Assembly: GCA_028023455.1 (NCBI GenBank)
Contig: JAQFVV010000007.1
Coordinates: forward strand, 2,232,001 to 2,296,000
Reading direction: 5' to 3'
Length of the DNA: 64,000 nucleotides
From: Epiperipatus broadwayi
Taxonomy: Eukaryota > Animalia > Onychophora
Part shown: in pieces, positions 51,901 through 64,000 of the stretch
Layout of the letters: each line of letters begins with the position of its first letter
Position numbering within the stretch: position 1 is the stretch's first letter
Position numbers and translations under genes: made by a program
The notes under the pieces: model-generated
What the model was told of the DNA's origin: nothing
The model's input: only the letters and a program-made list of their open reading frames with translations
Database searches by the model: none

Positions 51901-52941
51901 AACTGAGGATTCAAACCAGAAGTCACAAGAAAAACCATATAAGAGCTTTGACCACCTGAAGAAAGTTGAACCACTGATTGATCAGAGTAATTATGAACTT
52001 TTTCTAAAGAACTTTACTTTGAATTGGCATAATAGAGTAGCATACTCCATTAACTTAAGTGTGTAAATGTTTCAACAGTAGAGATAGGTTTTAAGAGGTA
52101 TTATTAAATCTATATAATTTTGTATTAATTAAAAATGGGGATAGGTTTTTACATTGCTAACGTTTTATTAAGCAAAATTGTTTTGTTATTTTCTGTATAA
52201 TTTTCCCTCAATTATTATATTCAAAATATGTGTTTAAAAAAAACATTCACTGCTCAATCTTGAAACACAATGAAGGTTGGGGGGTAAAGTTCAGTTAATA
52301 GTTCCATCCATAAGTAAACACAGGAACTTTATGACAGAATCTGGTGTTTGAAAAAGGTATGCTTGATGGATGCAAGCAAACAGTGGACACTTGTGCCATA
52401 TCTTAAGAGTTTGAATTAATTATTTAACAATGAAGTGAAAGGGTTTGACTCTTGCAATACTGCATACTCTTATAGTAACCTGCTCTAGAGTTTTATTCCC
52501 ATTTGGTCAGGGTTTCCATAATCAATTTGGGCCACTGTCATTCTGAGGATTTGTAATGGTGCATGTTCCCTTGAGAAAAGAATATACATTAAATTATTCG
52601 TATGTATTAAAATGATAAAGATTGAGATTAAATTTACGGTTGTATTTTGTTTTATAACAGATAGAGTCAGTCTGGTATGCTAAAAAAAAAAAGAATTAGG
52701 AAAGTTATCAATAAAAGAAAAAAATATAATAAATATTTAAACTTTTCTTAAATGGCTCTGTGTTTAATCTAGATTATTAGTTTAATAATTAAATATCTAT
52801 TTGGTATAATTAAAGTAATAATATCAGCAAATTAAAAATCCTCTTTTTTCTTTTCAAAAACTTTATAATACAAAACTCTAATGTTTCAACTGTTTTTATC
52901 TTCATACAGTCATTTTCAAGGTTCTGCAACAACAATATAAA

Positions 52942-54152
52942 ATCATTATCATCAACCATTATCAATCCACTGCAGGATGAAGGATTCTCCAAGTTCAATC
53001 CAGCTTTTCCTATCTTTAGCTTCTCTTCTCCACATCACCCCTGCACACTTTCTTATTTCAGTCACCCATCTAACATGTGGTCTCTGTCTGGGTCTTTTAC
53101 AATCTCTTGGAATCCAGTTTAAAATTTTAATTGTCCATCTGTTATCATCTCTTCTAACAATATGTCCAGCCCAACTCCACATCAGTCTTTTAATTTTTTC
53201 AATGAGGTCAGTAACACCTGTTTGTTCTCGTAACCATACATTGCGTTTTTGATCTCTTTTTGTTATTCCCAACATGCATCTCTCCATACTTCTTTGAGTG
53301 GTCTGAAGTCTCTGTATTGCTCTTCTATTAAGTGTCCAAGTCTCAGATCCATAAGTAAGAACTGGCAAAACACATTTATTAAAAACCTTCCTTTTCAAAT
53401 ACATAGACATATTTCTTTTTAGTATCAAGTTATTTCTACCAAAAGCACTCCAACCAAGTTTAATTCCATGATTAATTTCTTCCATTATATTTTCATCTGT
53501 ATTAATAATCTGACCAAGGTATTTGTAACTGTTAACTTCTTCTAACTCATCATATTCAATCTTTATTTTCATATTTTGAAAAAATCTATTAAACATTACT
53601 TTAGTCTTTTTAACATTTATCTTTAGTCCTGCTTTCCTACTTTCATCTGATAACTCCTGCAACATTTCCTGTAGCTCTAAAGCATTATGTGCAAAAACAA
53701 CTACATCATCTGCAAAATCTAAATGACTTAAATAATCTCCATTTACTTTCACTCCTTTAACTTCCCATTTTAATCCACAAAATACTTCTTGCAGCACTGC
53801 TGTAAAAAGTTTTGGAGATATGGGGTCACCCTGTCTTACATCCTTTTCAATGTTGATTTTCCTACTATCATTATGTAATCTAATTGTTGCTGTTGCATTT
53901 TTATAAATATTCTTACAAAATATGACAATATCCTGGTTCTACATCTTGATGATCCAATGCTTTAATCACTGAAGAAATGTTTATAGAATCAAATGCCTTT
54001 TCATAGTCTACAAATCCTAAGCATAATTGCAACTCATATTCATTTGTCCTTTCTATAATTTCTCTCAATACCTGGATATGATCTACTGTACTAAAACCAC
54101 TTTTAAATCCAGCTTGTTCTCTTGGTTGGTGGAAATCCAGTGTTTTCTGTTG
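52942..54152 (-). mobile_element. 5'-truncated RTE-clade LINE (RT)
   Basis: It reads QPREQAGFKSGFSTVDHI...FVDYEKAFDSI, then after one frameshift VRQGDPISPKLF...LDFADD...YKYLGQ...VLTYGSETW...WAGHIVRR...QWIDNG*. A short TGA-rich tail follows. The 281-aa ORF 52952-53797 is open. Confidence 0.95.
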
Positions 54153-54569
54153 TAATGATATATAAATATGCCATTACATTAATTTGAAATAAAAACTTTT
54201 AAGTTCGCAAATAAAAAATAAATGTATTAAAAAAAACTAAACACTAAAATTAAAATGTTTGCTAAGCGTATATATATTCGCACAGATGCAAAACTTTAAA
54301 AATATTTTTTTTTTATAAATAAAAAAAAGTATTTGAACGTACTTTTTTATAAAAAAAATACAAGATTTAAATATAAAAATTTTCTTACAAAGAAATAACG
54401 TAAGTAAAAATAAAAACAGGTATTAATTAATTCCTGTAATCTGTAAATGGAAATGATTGTTTATTAATTGAAAAGCAAGCTAGCCTTGGGGCACTTGTAT
54501 AATTAAAAAGTCAGATAAAAATTAGATAAGGAATAAAGAATTAGCTTGTCCAATATAGAAGCAGCAAAT

Positions 54570-55520
54570 AAAGGCCCGGACCATAATGAAAAAATGGAAC
54601 AGTGACATTTTTGTTCGTGGAATCCATAGGGTTAGGTTTAGGGTTAGTTTTAGGGTTAGTTTTAGGCTTAGGTTTAAGGTTAGATTTAGGGTTAGGGTTA
54701 GTGTTAGTTTTAGGGTTAGTGTTCTGTTGTTTGTAATGCTAAAATAAAAAAAATTCAAAATCGTAAATGTATTCGGACAAAAGAAAGAAACTCAAACTTT
54801 TTTAAACAACAACAAACACATATAAATGTCCTCTTTACTTAATAAACATGTTTATAATATTTGTTTTTTATGAAATTTACAAAAAATTGTGTATATTTGT
54901 ACTTTTCTTACTGGATATTTTTTTGGTACCGCTCTTTTTTAATTCAAAAATATACACATGGTAGAATTGTCTTGTGGAATCTTACGAACAGTACGTTACT
55001 TGATGCGTTACCTAATTGCAATTCACTAAAAAGATAGATATTTAACATTTTTCCAATTAAAAATTCAACAGAGTACATTGTAAAAAGTCTTAGAATTATT
55101 ACTTTAAAAAATCTGAACATTTCAATACTTTAAAATAAAAAAAATCCAATGAAAACAACATTTTCATTCAATTCAAATACAAACTATCTCATCAAGCCGT
55201 AACTATTTTATAAACTGTGTGAATTCGGAAAATATATTTGCTGTGATGCGACATACATGCTGTACCTGCGATGTGACATAGCAGCCTGCATTCTGTAGCA
55301 CAGCCAAAAAGTTGTATTATAGAAAATGTGGGTTCGAACGTGTTGGCCGTGGAAACAACATTTTTATGTGTTTTAGCATGAAATCCATCCATAGCACTTC
55401 TTTAGCTATAAGATGAGTACCCTTTTTACAATATATAAATTTATGGTTTTGTGATGATAGTTTGCGGTTGCCACTACTTTGACTAATATGATTGTCAAAG
55501 GGATTCCCAGTTGCATCTCT
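54570..55520 (-). mobile_element. Possible MULE-like DNA transposon remnant
   Basis: The minus frames give DGFHAK...PHFL..NFLAVLQ, loosely like the MULE C-terminal EGWH...HP..W.FI..L motif. It is CpG-retaining and contains a degenerate TTAGGG tract. No partner TIR was found. Confidence 0.3.
54627..54723 (+). repeat. Degenerate interstitial (TTAGGG)-like hexamer tract
   Basis: About 16 hexamers of TTAGGG/TTAGGT/TTAGTT type. Confidence 0.9.
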
Positions 55521-55779
55521 CACCCTTATTCCCCATACTTTAAATTCTCTGCTTATTTTTTACCTCTTCACTTGGGATGGCCTAGTCCCTCTGAGATATT
55601 ACTGATATGCCTGCTTCACTATCTATTTCCATTTTGACTGATTTTCCATGTATTTTTATTATTAACATTATTTGTTCACAATTATTGGTCTCTGTCTTGT
55701 GGATTTCAGTGAGTTGTTCAGATTTTTTCATTCTGCTTTTCAAGAAATCTCTTATTTACTTTTGATTTAATTTTACTTT

Positions 55780-56230
55780 GGAAGACTTTCACTAAGTGTC
55801 CCACCTTTCCACAATTGTTACATCTCATGTTTTTGCTGCTGCATTTACATGCAAGGTGAACAGCCTTTCCTCAGTGAAAACATTCCCAATTTGAGTTTTC
55901 ATTTTCCATTCCCTTCTCATTTTTAGGATTGACATTTGATTTAAACTACCTGCATTTAACATTTTAAATTCTTTTACATTATTGATTACTAACTCTTAAT
56001 TCCCTTTTTTGATTGCTTCTGCATAAGTCAAATCAGGGGTGGTCAACAGCTCCTGATGGAGTCTATCACCACTCATCCCCCATAGTAATTGGACCAATAA
56101 GGTCTCATTGAAATAATCACCATATGTGCAGCTTCTAGCCAAGTCTCTTAATGCCATATCATAAGCTCTATAACCTACCCTCTTTCACTTGGCATCTGAT
56201 ATGTAAGTGTAGCCTGACTATATGTTTTGA
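55780..56230 (-). mobile_element. Ty3/Gypsy gag remnant
   Basis: It reads RSCTYGDYFNETLLVQLLWGMSGDRLHQELLTTPDLTYAEAIKKG, with the zinc knuckle CNNCGKVGHLVKV. Confidence 0.75.
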
Positions 56231-56939
56231 TGATTTAGGGCTAAAATTGTGCTATGTATCGATTATTAATCTAGCACAATAAAACTGAAGCCATGAGCAT
56301 GTTTAGTTATTTCTTATTTAATAATGTTAACATTAATTTATACATTTAGAATTGATAGCATTTACACACTTATATACATATGGCAATTTGATATACATAA
56401 TAATAATACATCGTATTATAAATGATAACAATTAATATAATTATTATTTACAATTAGAGCCATAAGGCATACAAAAAATAATAGAGACAGGAAGCCTTTT
56501 TAATACCTACAATATTTATCACATTCTGGCTCTTTAGATAGTTTCTTTGACATCTTGCTATAGTTTTTTTTTAACTTTTATCAGTGAATTGTACTTTTGA
56601 AATATTATAACACTGGATCAACTGTAGCTTTTCATTATATTCTAACCTTAGACATATATTCTTAACAAAAGCAAAAATACATTTTTTAAATGTGTTTTTT
56701 AATTAATCTTTATAAAGTAAAAGGGATCTGATTAAATATTGCTACAAGATTGGGCAACTATTAAGAAAAGAGCAAAAATTAAGTGGCAGCAACAGATGTA
56801 AATGGAAATCCAATAATTATTAAGAGATTTGTGGCAATGCCAGTAATGGTAAATAATCATAATAAAAATTATTATTATATGTAGTTACAAGAAATATTAG
56901 TCAAATATTAGAATGCAATTGGTTCAAATCTCTGGGGAT

Positions 56940-59300
56940 TAAGATGTAGAAGGCCAAAATAAAAATAATTTTCTGCAACTTTTTAAATCTAACTCAACAG
57001 AGTTTAAGATGAAACCAGTTGACACTGAGCTAATGGATAATGCACAACAAGTTATATATAAACCAAATAAGAGTGTGTCTGCTCTTAAACTGAAAATTAA
57101 AAAATCATTGAATAAATTGAGAAATAAAGACATTAATATACCCATAGAAGAATCTGCCTGGGCTATGCAGATAGTAGCAGTACTAAAAATGTATGGATAT
57201 GTGGTGACTACCAGATTACTGTTAATAAAAATATTAACAAAGACATGTGCATCCCATACCAAGCCTAAGAGAAGTATTAGCATCATTACAAAAAGTGAAA
57301 CACTTTGCAAAATTATTGGCATTCACCAAATTTCAATTACAAATAGAACAGCAGATAAATACACATGTGAGATATATTTAAGTTTAATAGACTGTTTTAT
57401 GAGATAACTGTAGCACTTAATATCTTCCAAGAAAAAATAGAGAAATTGCTGAGATGTGTAAAAGAAATTATACCACAATTGGATGACATTCTCATAGCTG
57501 CTAAAAACAAAATAGAATTAAGGGAAAGATTATATATAGTCTGAAAGAACATAAACAAGTTTAATGCAAGATTAAATGCTAAGAAATGTATACAGTCAAC
57601 AAGAAAAATCAAATTTCTAGGACATATTATTACCAAAAACAGGAAATATCCAACCCAGAGAAAGTTACACGCATGAAAAACACCTTAAAGCCAATAAATG
57701 TAAAGCAGTTACAACCTTTTCTAGGTTTATGAGGAAAATCACATGTAGCTATCTTCCTTTATGAACTTCTAAAAAAACCAAAGATGAAACTGGGGAAAAC
57801 TGCAACATATTGCTTTATCCTCTGAAATTTTGTTAATCCACTTGAATAAGCAACAAAAAGTGATAGTAACAAAAACACTTTTGAATATGGAGATGGAGTC
57901 ATACTATCATATAGTGCCAATGGATGTCCTGTTAATTACAAATCAAAAACATTATATATTGTTGGTCAAAAAAACTATAGCCAGTTAGACAAAGAAGCTT
58001 TAACCATAGTTTTGCAGTGAAAATTTTCCACCAATATGTGTGTGATTGGTCATTTAAAATTTGTACTGACCATAGGCCACTGTTAGACATATTTGGTAAA
58101 AATAAGAATACCCTGATCATGCCAGACAATGTATATTAATATGTATAAAAGATATTAGTTTTGTATGACTATGAACTGTTATTTAGACCCAGGGAAGTTG
58201 ATAAAGCATGCAGTATGTGAAATTCATATGTTTGTGAAATTAATTATATAGATGTGTTAAATTGTGAAATAATTAATAGCAAAACTATAGCAGAGAGGAC
58301 TAAAAGAAATAAAGAGAATAATATGATAAAGAATTGGATAAAATATGGATGGTTTTTTAAACAACTAAACTATTTGACTCTGGAAAGGTTTATTGACTTG
58401 CCATGAACGCATTCTTATGACAGACTGTGTAATGATACTGCATGAGGAGAGGAAAAGCAATCTATAGTTATTATATAAAGGACATCTTGGGATAGTCAGA
58501 ATAAAAAAGTTAGCTTATTTATATGTTTGATGGCTAAAATTGAATGGTGATATAGATCAAACTTACCAACTAAAAAATTCATATCCCGATCTGACTATGA
58601 GTGGATAAAAAAATCCATTTAGATCATGCTGGGCTAGTTCTTGAATATATTTTTAGTAATCATACATGCATATTCAAAGTAGATAGAAAATCATCTAATG
58701 AAAGATATCAGCACAGATAGTGTGATAAAAGTTTAAACAAACTGTTCTCAACACACAGGCAGCTTGAAACTATTGCAATGGATAACAGCATTGGTTTCAG
58801 CTCAAAAAAATTTATAGACATCACTGCTCCGAAGGGAATACAGCATATACTTACACCTGCTTATTACCTTCAGTCAAATGGAATTGTGGAGAAGGTAGTA
58901 TAACAGCTGAAATCTATGTTAAATAAACAAGAATTTGCTGATATTCATAAAGAACTTATAACAGCAATATTTTAGCAACATTTTATAGACAACTCTGTCA
59001 AAAAAAATCCATGAATTATTAATCAATTATCATGTGAGAACACACTTATTTAGCTTTAGTACCAGATGAAGCAAAAAATAAAAAAGATTTAGAAAACGTT
59101 GCAGTTAAAGTAGACCAAACTATATGAATAAAAGATGTAATTAAAAAAATGGCTATCAAAAATAATAAGTAGAATTATATCTGCACAAATATGTGAAATA
59201 AAATTGGAAGATGAGAAAATTTTTAAGATGTCAAGTTAACCACATAAGAGAACAGAAAAATGAAACATTAGAGGGTATAGTTATTACATCATGCTACAGA
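56940..59300 (+). mobile_element. Degenerate Ty3/Gypsy pol (RT, RNase H, integrase)
   Basis: Frameshifted motifs include SAWAMQIV, LDDILIA, IKFLGHI, NYSQLDKEAL, KICTDHRPLL, GHLGIV and QSNGIVEK. Confidence 0.85.
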
Positions 59301-59516
59301 TAAGAATAATAAAATCTAATGATTCTACTAACCCTAAGCTAGAAACAACAGATAACTCTTTAGTTCAAGAACAAGTTATAAAATTAAATAGTGAACAAGA
59401 AGAGAAGACTATAGAGCAAAAAAGGATGCATTAACATTGATGAGATCTGTTAGAAAGAAGTAGATACCAAAATAAAGTACAAGATTATTTTGTGTAAATA
59501 AAATTATGCTCATTTC

Positions 59517-59745
59517 TAGAGTGAAGGGGATGCATTGTTGTATACTGAATAGTTTTCAAATATTGTGTGTGCAGGCTAGTCAGTATAGACAGTGTTGAGT
59601 CACTCTAGAAAAAATAATAGGCAGAAAAAAATTAGTCTACTGCAAGAAGCTACATGCTAATTTGCATTTAAATAAAGTCTAACACTAAGAAATTAAGCAA
59701 AATAAAAAAATAATATGCGCAAAATTTCTAATGGTGTCAGAAAAG
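59517..59745 (+). mobile_element. Probable LTR (about 59531-59731) with an upstream PPT and a downstream PBS
   Basis: The purine tract AGAGTGAAGGGGA directly precedes TG at 59531. AATAAA lies inside. TGGTGTCAGAA at 59732 is complementary to the 3' end of tRNA-Leu (...TTCTGACACCA). Confidence 0.55.
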
Positions 59746-61779
59746 TAGTAACAAAAAAGAGTAGTTAGAAGCACAGAGTTGAAAACAAATTAATGAACTC
59801 TAAGGATAGAGTGAAAACTGATTGTGTATTTGTAGATAAAAATTATCAGTAAAAACAATTCCAATCATAATCTAATTCGATTAACTCAAGATGTGTGTGA
59901 GCAGTAAGATGCTTACTTGAGTGATACTTAAAGGAAAAGTAATATGGAAGTTTAAAGATATGTAGATATTGTGTGATATTTATCTTCTGAGATAAGAACT
60001 GTCACACAACCAAGACTGATATTGCTAACAACTAGCAAGTTGCCAGTTGATTTACTAATCTGATCTATTAATATTATTGATATTCACAGTAAATAACTCT
60101 TGAAATTATTTATTAATCTTATGTTGAAGGATTATTAATTTATTTACATAACAGTATGACTGCCAGATTAAGTTTGGCTGAACATTTTAATTTATATTTC
60201 ACTTTTGCAGAAAAACTTCAGCAAAAATGAAAACGTTTTTGTGAAAAAATTTCTTCAACCCAACAACTATAATATGTATTGCTTAGCAATTATATTGGTA
60301 TTTAAATTATATTTGATGGCACTGTATCATGTATTTCATAACTTTGTTTGCAATTTTGATTACTTTAAAAAAAATAGCATTAACTATGTTTAGACTAAAA
60401 ATAAGATTCTGGCAGAAAAACATTTTAGTACACTTACTGTATGATTTGATAAAATTTATTTCATAGAATTAAAAAATATTTTACTGAAATATTGAAACAG
60501 ACATGTTGTTTCACATGTATAGTTTGAAGTCATCCCCCTCCCCAGTTAAAAGCTGTTAAGATTAAAATGAAAAGCTGATGCAGTCTTCAATGAATAAATG
60601 TCAAAAGAAGAAATGAGTAAGTGACAGTGATTTAGCATTAAATTTCATGTATATTACAAAACCCAAAATGGTTAAAAATTAAGAAAAAAAAGAAGAAAGA
60701 AAAAGAAGTCAAGTTAAAATATTGCTCATGTAATAATTTGTAGAGCTGAATGTGTAACTAAAAAAGATTGCCATAGACAGGAAAGTTAATAGATATTTTT
60801 CCAAAAAAATATATTAGATAAGAGTTATCAGTTATCTGTTCCTGCTAGAAGTGGATGGCCAATAAGAAGTTGAATGAAGACATGGACCTCATGGAAAAGT
60901 CATCAACACCAATAAAATTAGTGCTAGATCAATCTGAAGAATCATTAATAAGAAAAGCATAAGACTACAAATAGAGGAGTAGATATTGCTAGAAAATCAA
61001 CAAATATATCACTTGAAAGTATCAAGACTATTACTAATGGACTAACCATCATTAGTACTGCATATTGAAATGCACTTTGCACAAATACTGTCCTAATGGA
61101 TGCTTTGAGCACCATGAACTTTAATGAAGGAAGAAACCTATAACTACTGCCAATGAAGAAACATATTATTAAAATGCAATACTTTCAAATGTCTGACTAA
61201 AAAGAAATAGCTTTTCTCTCTTCTCTGTTACCTGGTTTAGTAATGGAAGTAAGATGAAAATAAGACCTGTTAACTGACTGTTAACACATGTAGCTTTCAG
61301 AAAACTCCTATTAATTGGAAGACTTATGGAGAACCACTAACAGATGAAGGTTCAGATTGATTGCTTATAAAATAATACAAAATGAAAACATATTTATTCT
61401 AAATGACTAAATTCTAAATGGAACACACTGGAGTAGTAGCAGAATATGAATGTTATTAAAAGATAAACTGAAGATGCAAAAATGATTTTGTTGATTTGAA
61501 AACAATTCTATAATAAACTTCATACTAGTATGTGTCTACATAAAATGAAATTATTGATTATAACATGACATTTATTATTTTAAAATTTGTTAAGATAGAG
61601 TGAATTAAATATGAATCCACACACACAAAAATTAAAGAAATGTTTGAAATGTGAATTAAAAAAGTTATAGAGTAAAATTGATATATTATGCACATGAATA
61701 ATAATGAATATGTACTCATGTACCTGAATATGTAATAGATGTGAATTAAAAAGCTATAAAGGAAATTCTAATAAAAATG

Positions 61780-63330
61780 ATTCAAATCCACATCAGTAAA
61801 ATATGTGAAATAAATTGAAAATACTCCCATATAAGTGACTCAAAATCACATTGGTAGTACAGCATCTATTGATCCACAGTGTCCGATGGTGCTGTTGCTA
61901 GTGAAAAATGAATAGATATAATGTTACCAGGCTGTTTTTAAAATATTGTTGATTTATGTTTTGAATTTTTGGCTTTACTTGATTTTTATTTTTTTGTTGT
62001 TGTTGTTGTTTTTTTTTTTGTAACCGGTTTGATGTATATTTCTTAAAAATAACAAAAAAATGGGAGGAGGAGGTTGGCCTTTTTAAAATATTCTGTCTTT
62101 TTACTTTTTTTTAAATTGAAACAAACATTTCTTTTTGTCCGGTCTTTTTTTTTTATTTATTTATTTTTTTTTAAGAAACTTTTTTTTTTTTTTTTTTGGT
62201 TTTCCAAGCCTTTTTGATTGTTTTTGAAAAAACTTTTTTTTGTTATCGAGAAACCAGGCTTTCTTGACAGACTTCTTTAAGACCTGTCATCATATTCCTT
62301 ATGGCATTTTGACACCTTCCCAACTCAGCTGTAATATGCTTCACTGTAAGCTGATCCCAGCTTCAAGAATAAATTAGCCATACCGCTTGCGAAAAGCTGA
62401 ATCCCAGGCAGCCCTCAAAGCCCATTCCATGAGCAAATGAAACACCTTGGTCAACATTGATGCAATTGACATTCCATTTCAGATGTTTGACAATGCCTTA
62501 ATTTCATTAAACCACCACAAAAAACAGTTTTTCTGGGTGGGGCAAACATTTTTTATTTTGGATTGAAGGAAGGCCACCTCATCTGCTTCTGTAGCAGGTC
62601 AATCTCAAAACTACAATGCCAAACAGTCATCTGCCATTGAACTGTTTTGATTTCAAAAAGTCTCAGAAAGTGCGCGACTTGTTCGTGAACTTTGCCGAAT
62701 TGTAATTTACACTCATCATTTAGTGAATTCTAACCCCTGACAATGAAAGTAGGGATGTTTGAGAATTTCTTTACAATTTTTACTAACTCACATCAATTAC
62801 AATACATTTAAGCAAAAAAAAAAATCCGTTCTAATATAGTTTTCATCATTACAACTACAGAAGCCTTCATATCATATGCTATACAATAGTCAAGAGTAAT
62901 GTCTATAGAGAGTGTCACATGCTCATCGCTAATAATTTTCAACATACTAGAGATGTTGGGGTAAGGGTGCACTTCAACATCTTAGTGTCTGAACAGTTTA
63001 CAGGCCATAAGATCTATGAGCAGCCTTGTAAACAGCATATTTATGTGGATTAGAGTAGAAACAGTGCCATCAGGCAGTGTGAATCAATAGATGCTGTATT
63101 ACCATCACATCTATCTAATTTGTAAGATAAAATACTTTTAAATAAGTGATTCAAACCTGCATCTGTATAATATGTGAAATAAAATAAAAATACTCTCATA
63201 TAAGTGATTCAAAACCAGATCTATCTAATGTGTATGATGAAATACTTCGAAATAAGTGGTTCAACCTGCTTCTGTATAATATGTGAATTGAAATGGAAAT
63301 TCTTCAAATAAATGACTCAACATAATCTAC
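61780..63330 (+). repeat. Satellite with alternating 52 and 56-58 bp subunits, split by the Merlin insertion
   Basis: The ATAAGTGATTCAAA-like motif starts at 61831, 63142, 63200, 63252 and 63308. Confidence 0.75.
61853..63103 (-). mobile_element. Merlin (IS1595/IS1016-like) DNA transposon, defective
   Basis: The 48-bp TIRs start with GG (61853-61900 / 63056-63103, 40/48). The 8-bp TSD is ATCACATT/ATCACATC. The minus frame 62443-62246 reads VSFAHGMGFEGCLGFSFSQAVWLIYS*SWDQLTVKHITAELGRCQNAIRNMMTGLKEVCQESL, like the Merlin N-terminal region. Confidence 0.75.
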
Positions 63331-63419
63331 GTAATCTAAAAAGTAACATTAAAGATGCTTCTACGGGATATATGTCCATATGCCTGCAGTAAATGTGTGC
63401 TAATATTTAGGTGAACTAA

Positions 63420-63520
63420 AAATGCTTCTATACACCTGGATCAAAATCAAATGCTTCTATAAGCTTAAATTAAAATCAAATGCTTCTATACATGTGGACT
63501 GAAATCAAATGTTTCTATAC
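63420..63520 (+). repeat. 29-bp minisatellite (about 3.5 units)
   Basis: AAATGCTTCTATA-like starts occur at 63420, 63449, 63478 and 63507. Confidence 0.85.
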
Positions 63521-63699
63521 CCATGAATGTGTATCTATGCACATGATGGAACTTCAATCAAGAAGGATAATTCCCAATCATGAAGAATCAAGGAGAAGAA
63601 CTGTAATGTACACATGGATATGACAACATACAGAGTAGATACTCAATAAACTTTTTCTTCTTTTTCATTTGTTGTTAAAAAAAAAACTAATACCTGTTG

Positions 63700-64000
63700 G
63701 TCATTTTAATTCACATCATTCATCAATTAATGCACTGATTCACAAGAATCTCATGTTACCTGAGCTATGTCCAGAATAACTTGTTGTGGATAAGTAAGGT
63801 TGTGGTGAGATGGAACTCTAGTGGTGCCATTTGGGAAACCAAACACACAAATTTCTAGATGTTTCCAATCTCTATGAGACTACATTCTCTGATGAGCAGG
63901 AAATATTGTTGTAGGGAGATGACACTAGCATTGGGGAATTCCAATCAGTAGTTTCTTCCTGCAATATTCTCATCAGGAAATAAAATTATCCAAAAGAGGG
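63700..64000 (-). mobile_element. Possible Gypsy RNase H remnant
   Basis: GTTRVPSHHNLTYPQQ loosely resembles GxxRPIAxxSxxLTxxQQxY. It is heavily decayed. Confidence 0.3.

Noticed and set aside
54627-54723. True telomere or chromosome-end relic
   Set aside because: It is internal, short and highly degenerate.
62378-62735. Plus-strand frame interrupted only by TGA stops (TGA = Trp?)
   Set aside because: The opposite strand carries the recognisable Merlin transposase, so the plus frame is its shadow.
63420-63520. CRISPR-like array (conserved 18 nt plus variable 11 nt)
   Set aside because: The 'spacers' are only 11 nt and related to each other, there are no cas genes, and the context is eukaryotic. 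It is a minisatellite.
63889-63976. Hammerhead-like CTGATGAG with a permuted inverted partner
   Set aside because: No stem II or GAAA geometry follows it, and it lies in a probable Gypsy remnant.

Overview
This is a very AT-rich, CpG-depleted eukaryotic window, probably from an invertebrate animal; the taxon cannot be fixed from sequence alone. Most of it is intron-like DNA filled with decayed mobile elements. These include Ty3/Gypsy gag/pol remnants with an LTR, an APE-RT LINE interrupted by a TTAA-flanked piggyBac-type MITE, two RTE-type LINEs, Penelope-like (GIY-YIG) remnants, a Merlin/IS1595-like element with 48-bp TIRs inside a satellite, a possible MULE remnant and a retroposed tRNA-like sequence. 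Only one convincing host exon was found (27982-28133, minus strand). The main signal is 13 hammerhead-ribozyme-like motifs in four repeat families. Their stem III is palindromic or close to it in every family, with a different palindrome in each. Nearly every insertion carrying them has a variable-length inverted copy of its own sequence, and several have 7-16 bp target-site duplications. This suggests non-autonomous, Penelope-mobilised, retrozyme-like elements that look like MITEs. All alignments and counts were done by eye; no database searches were run.
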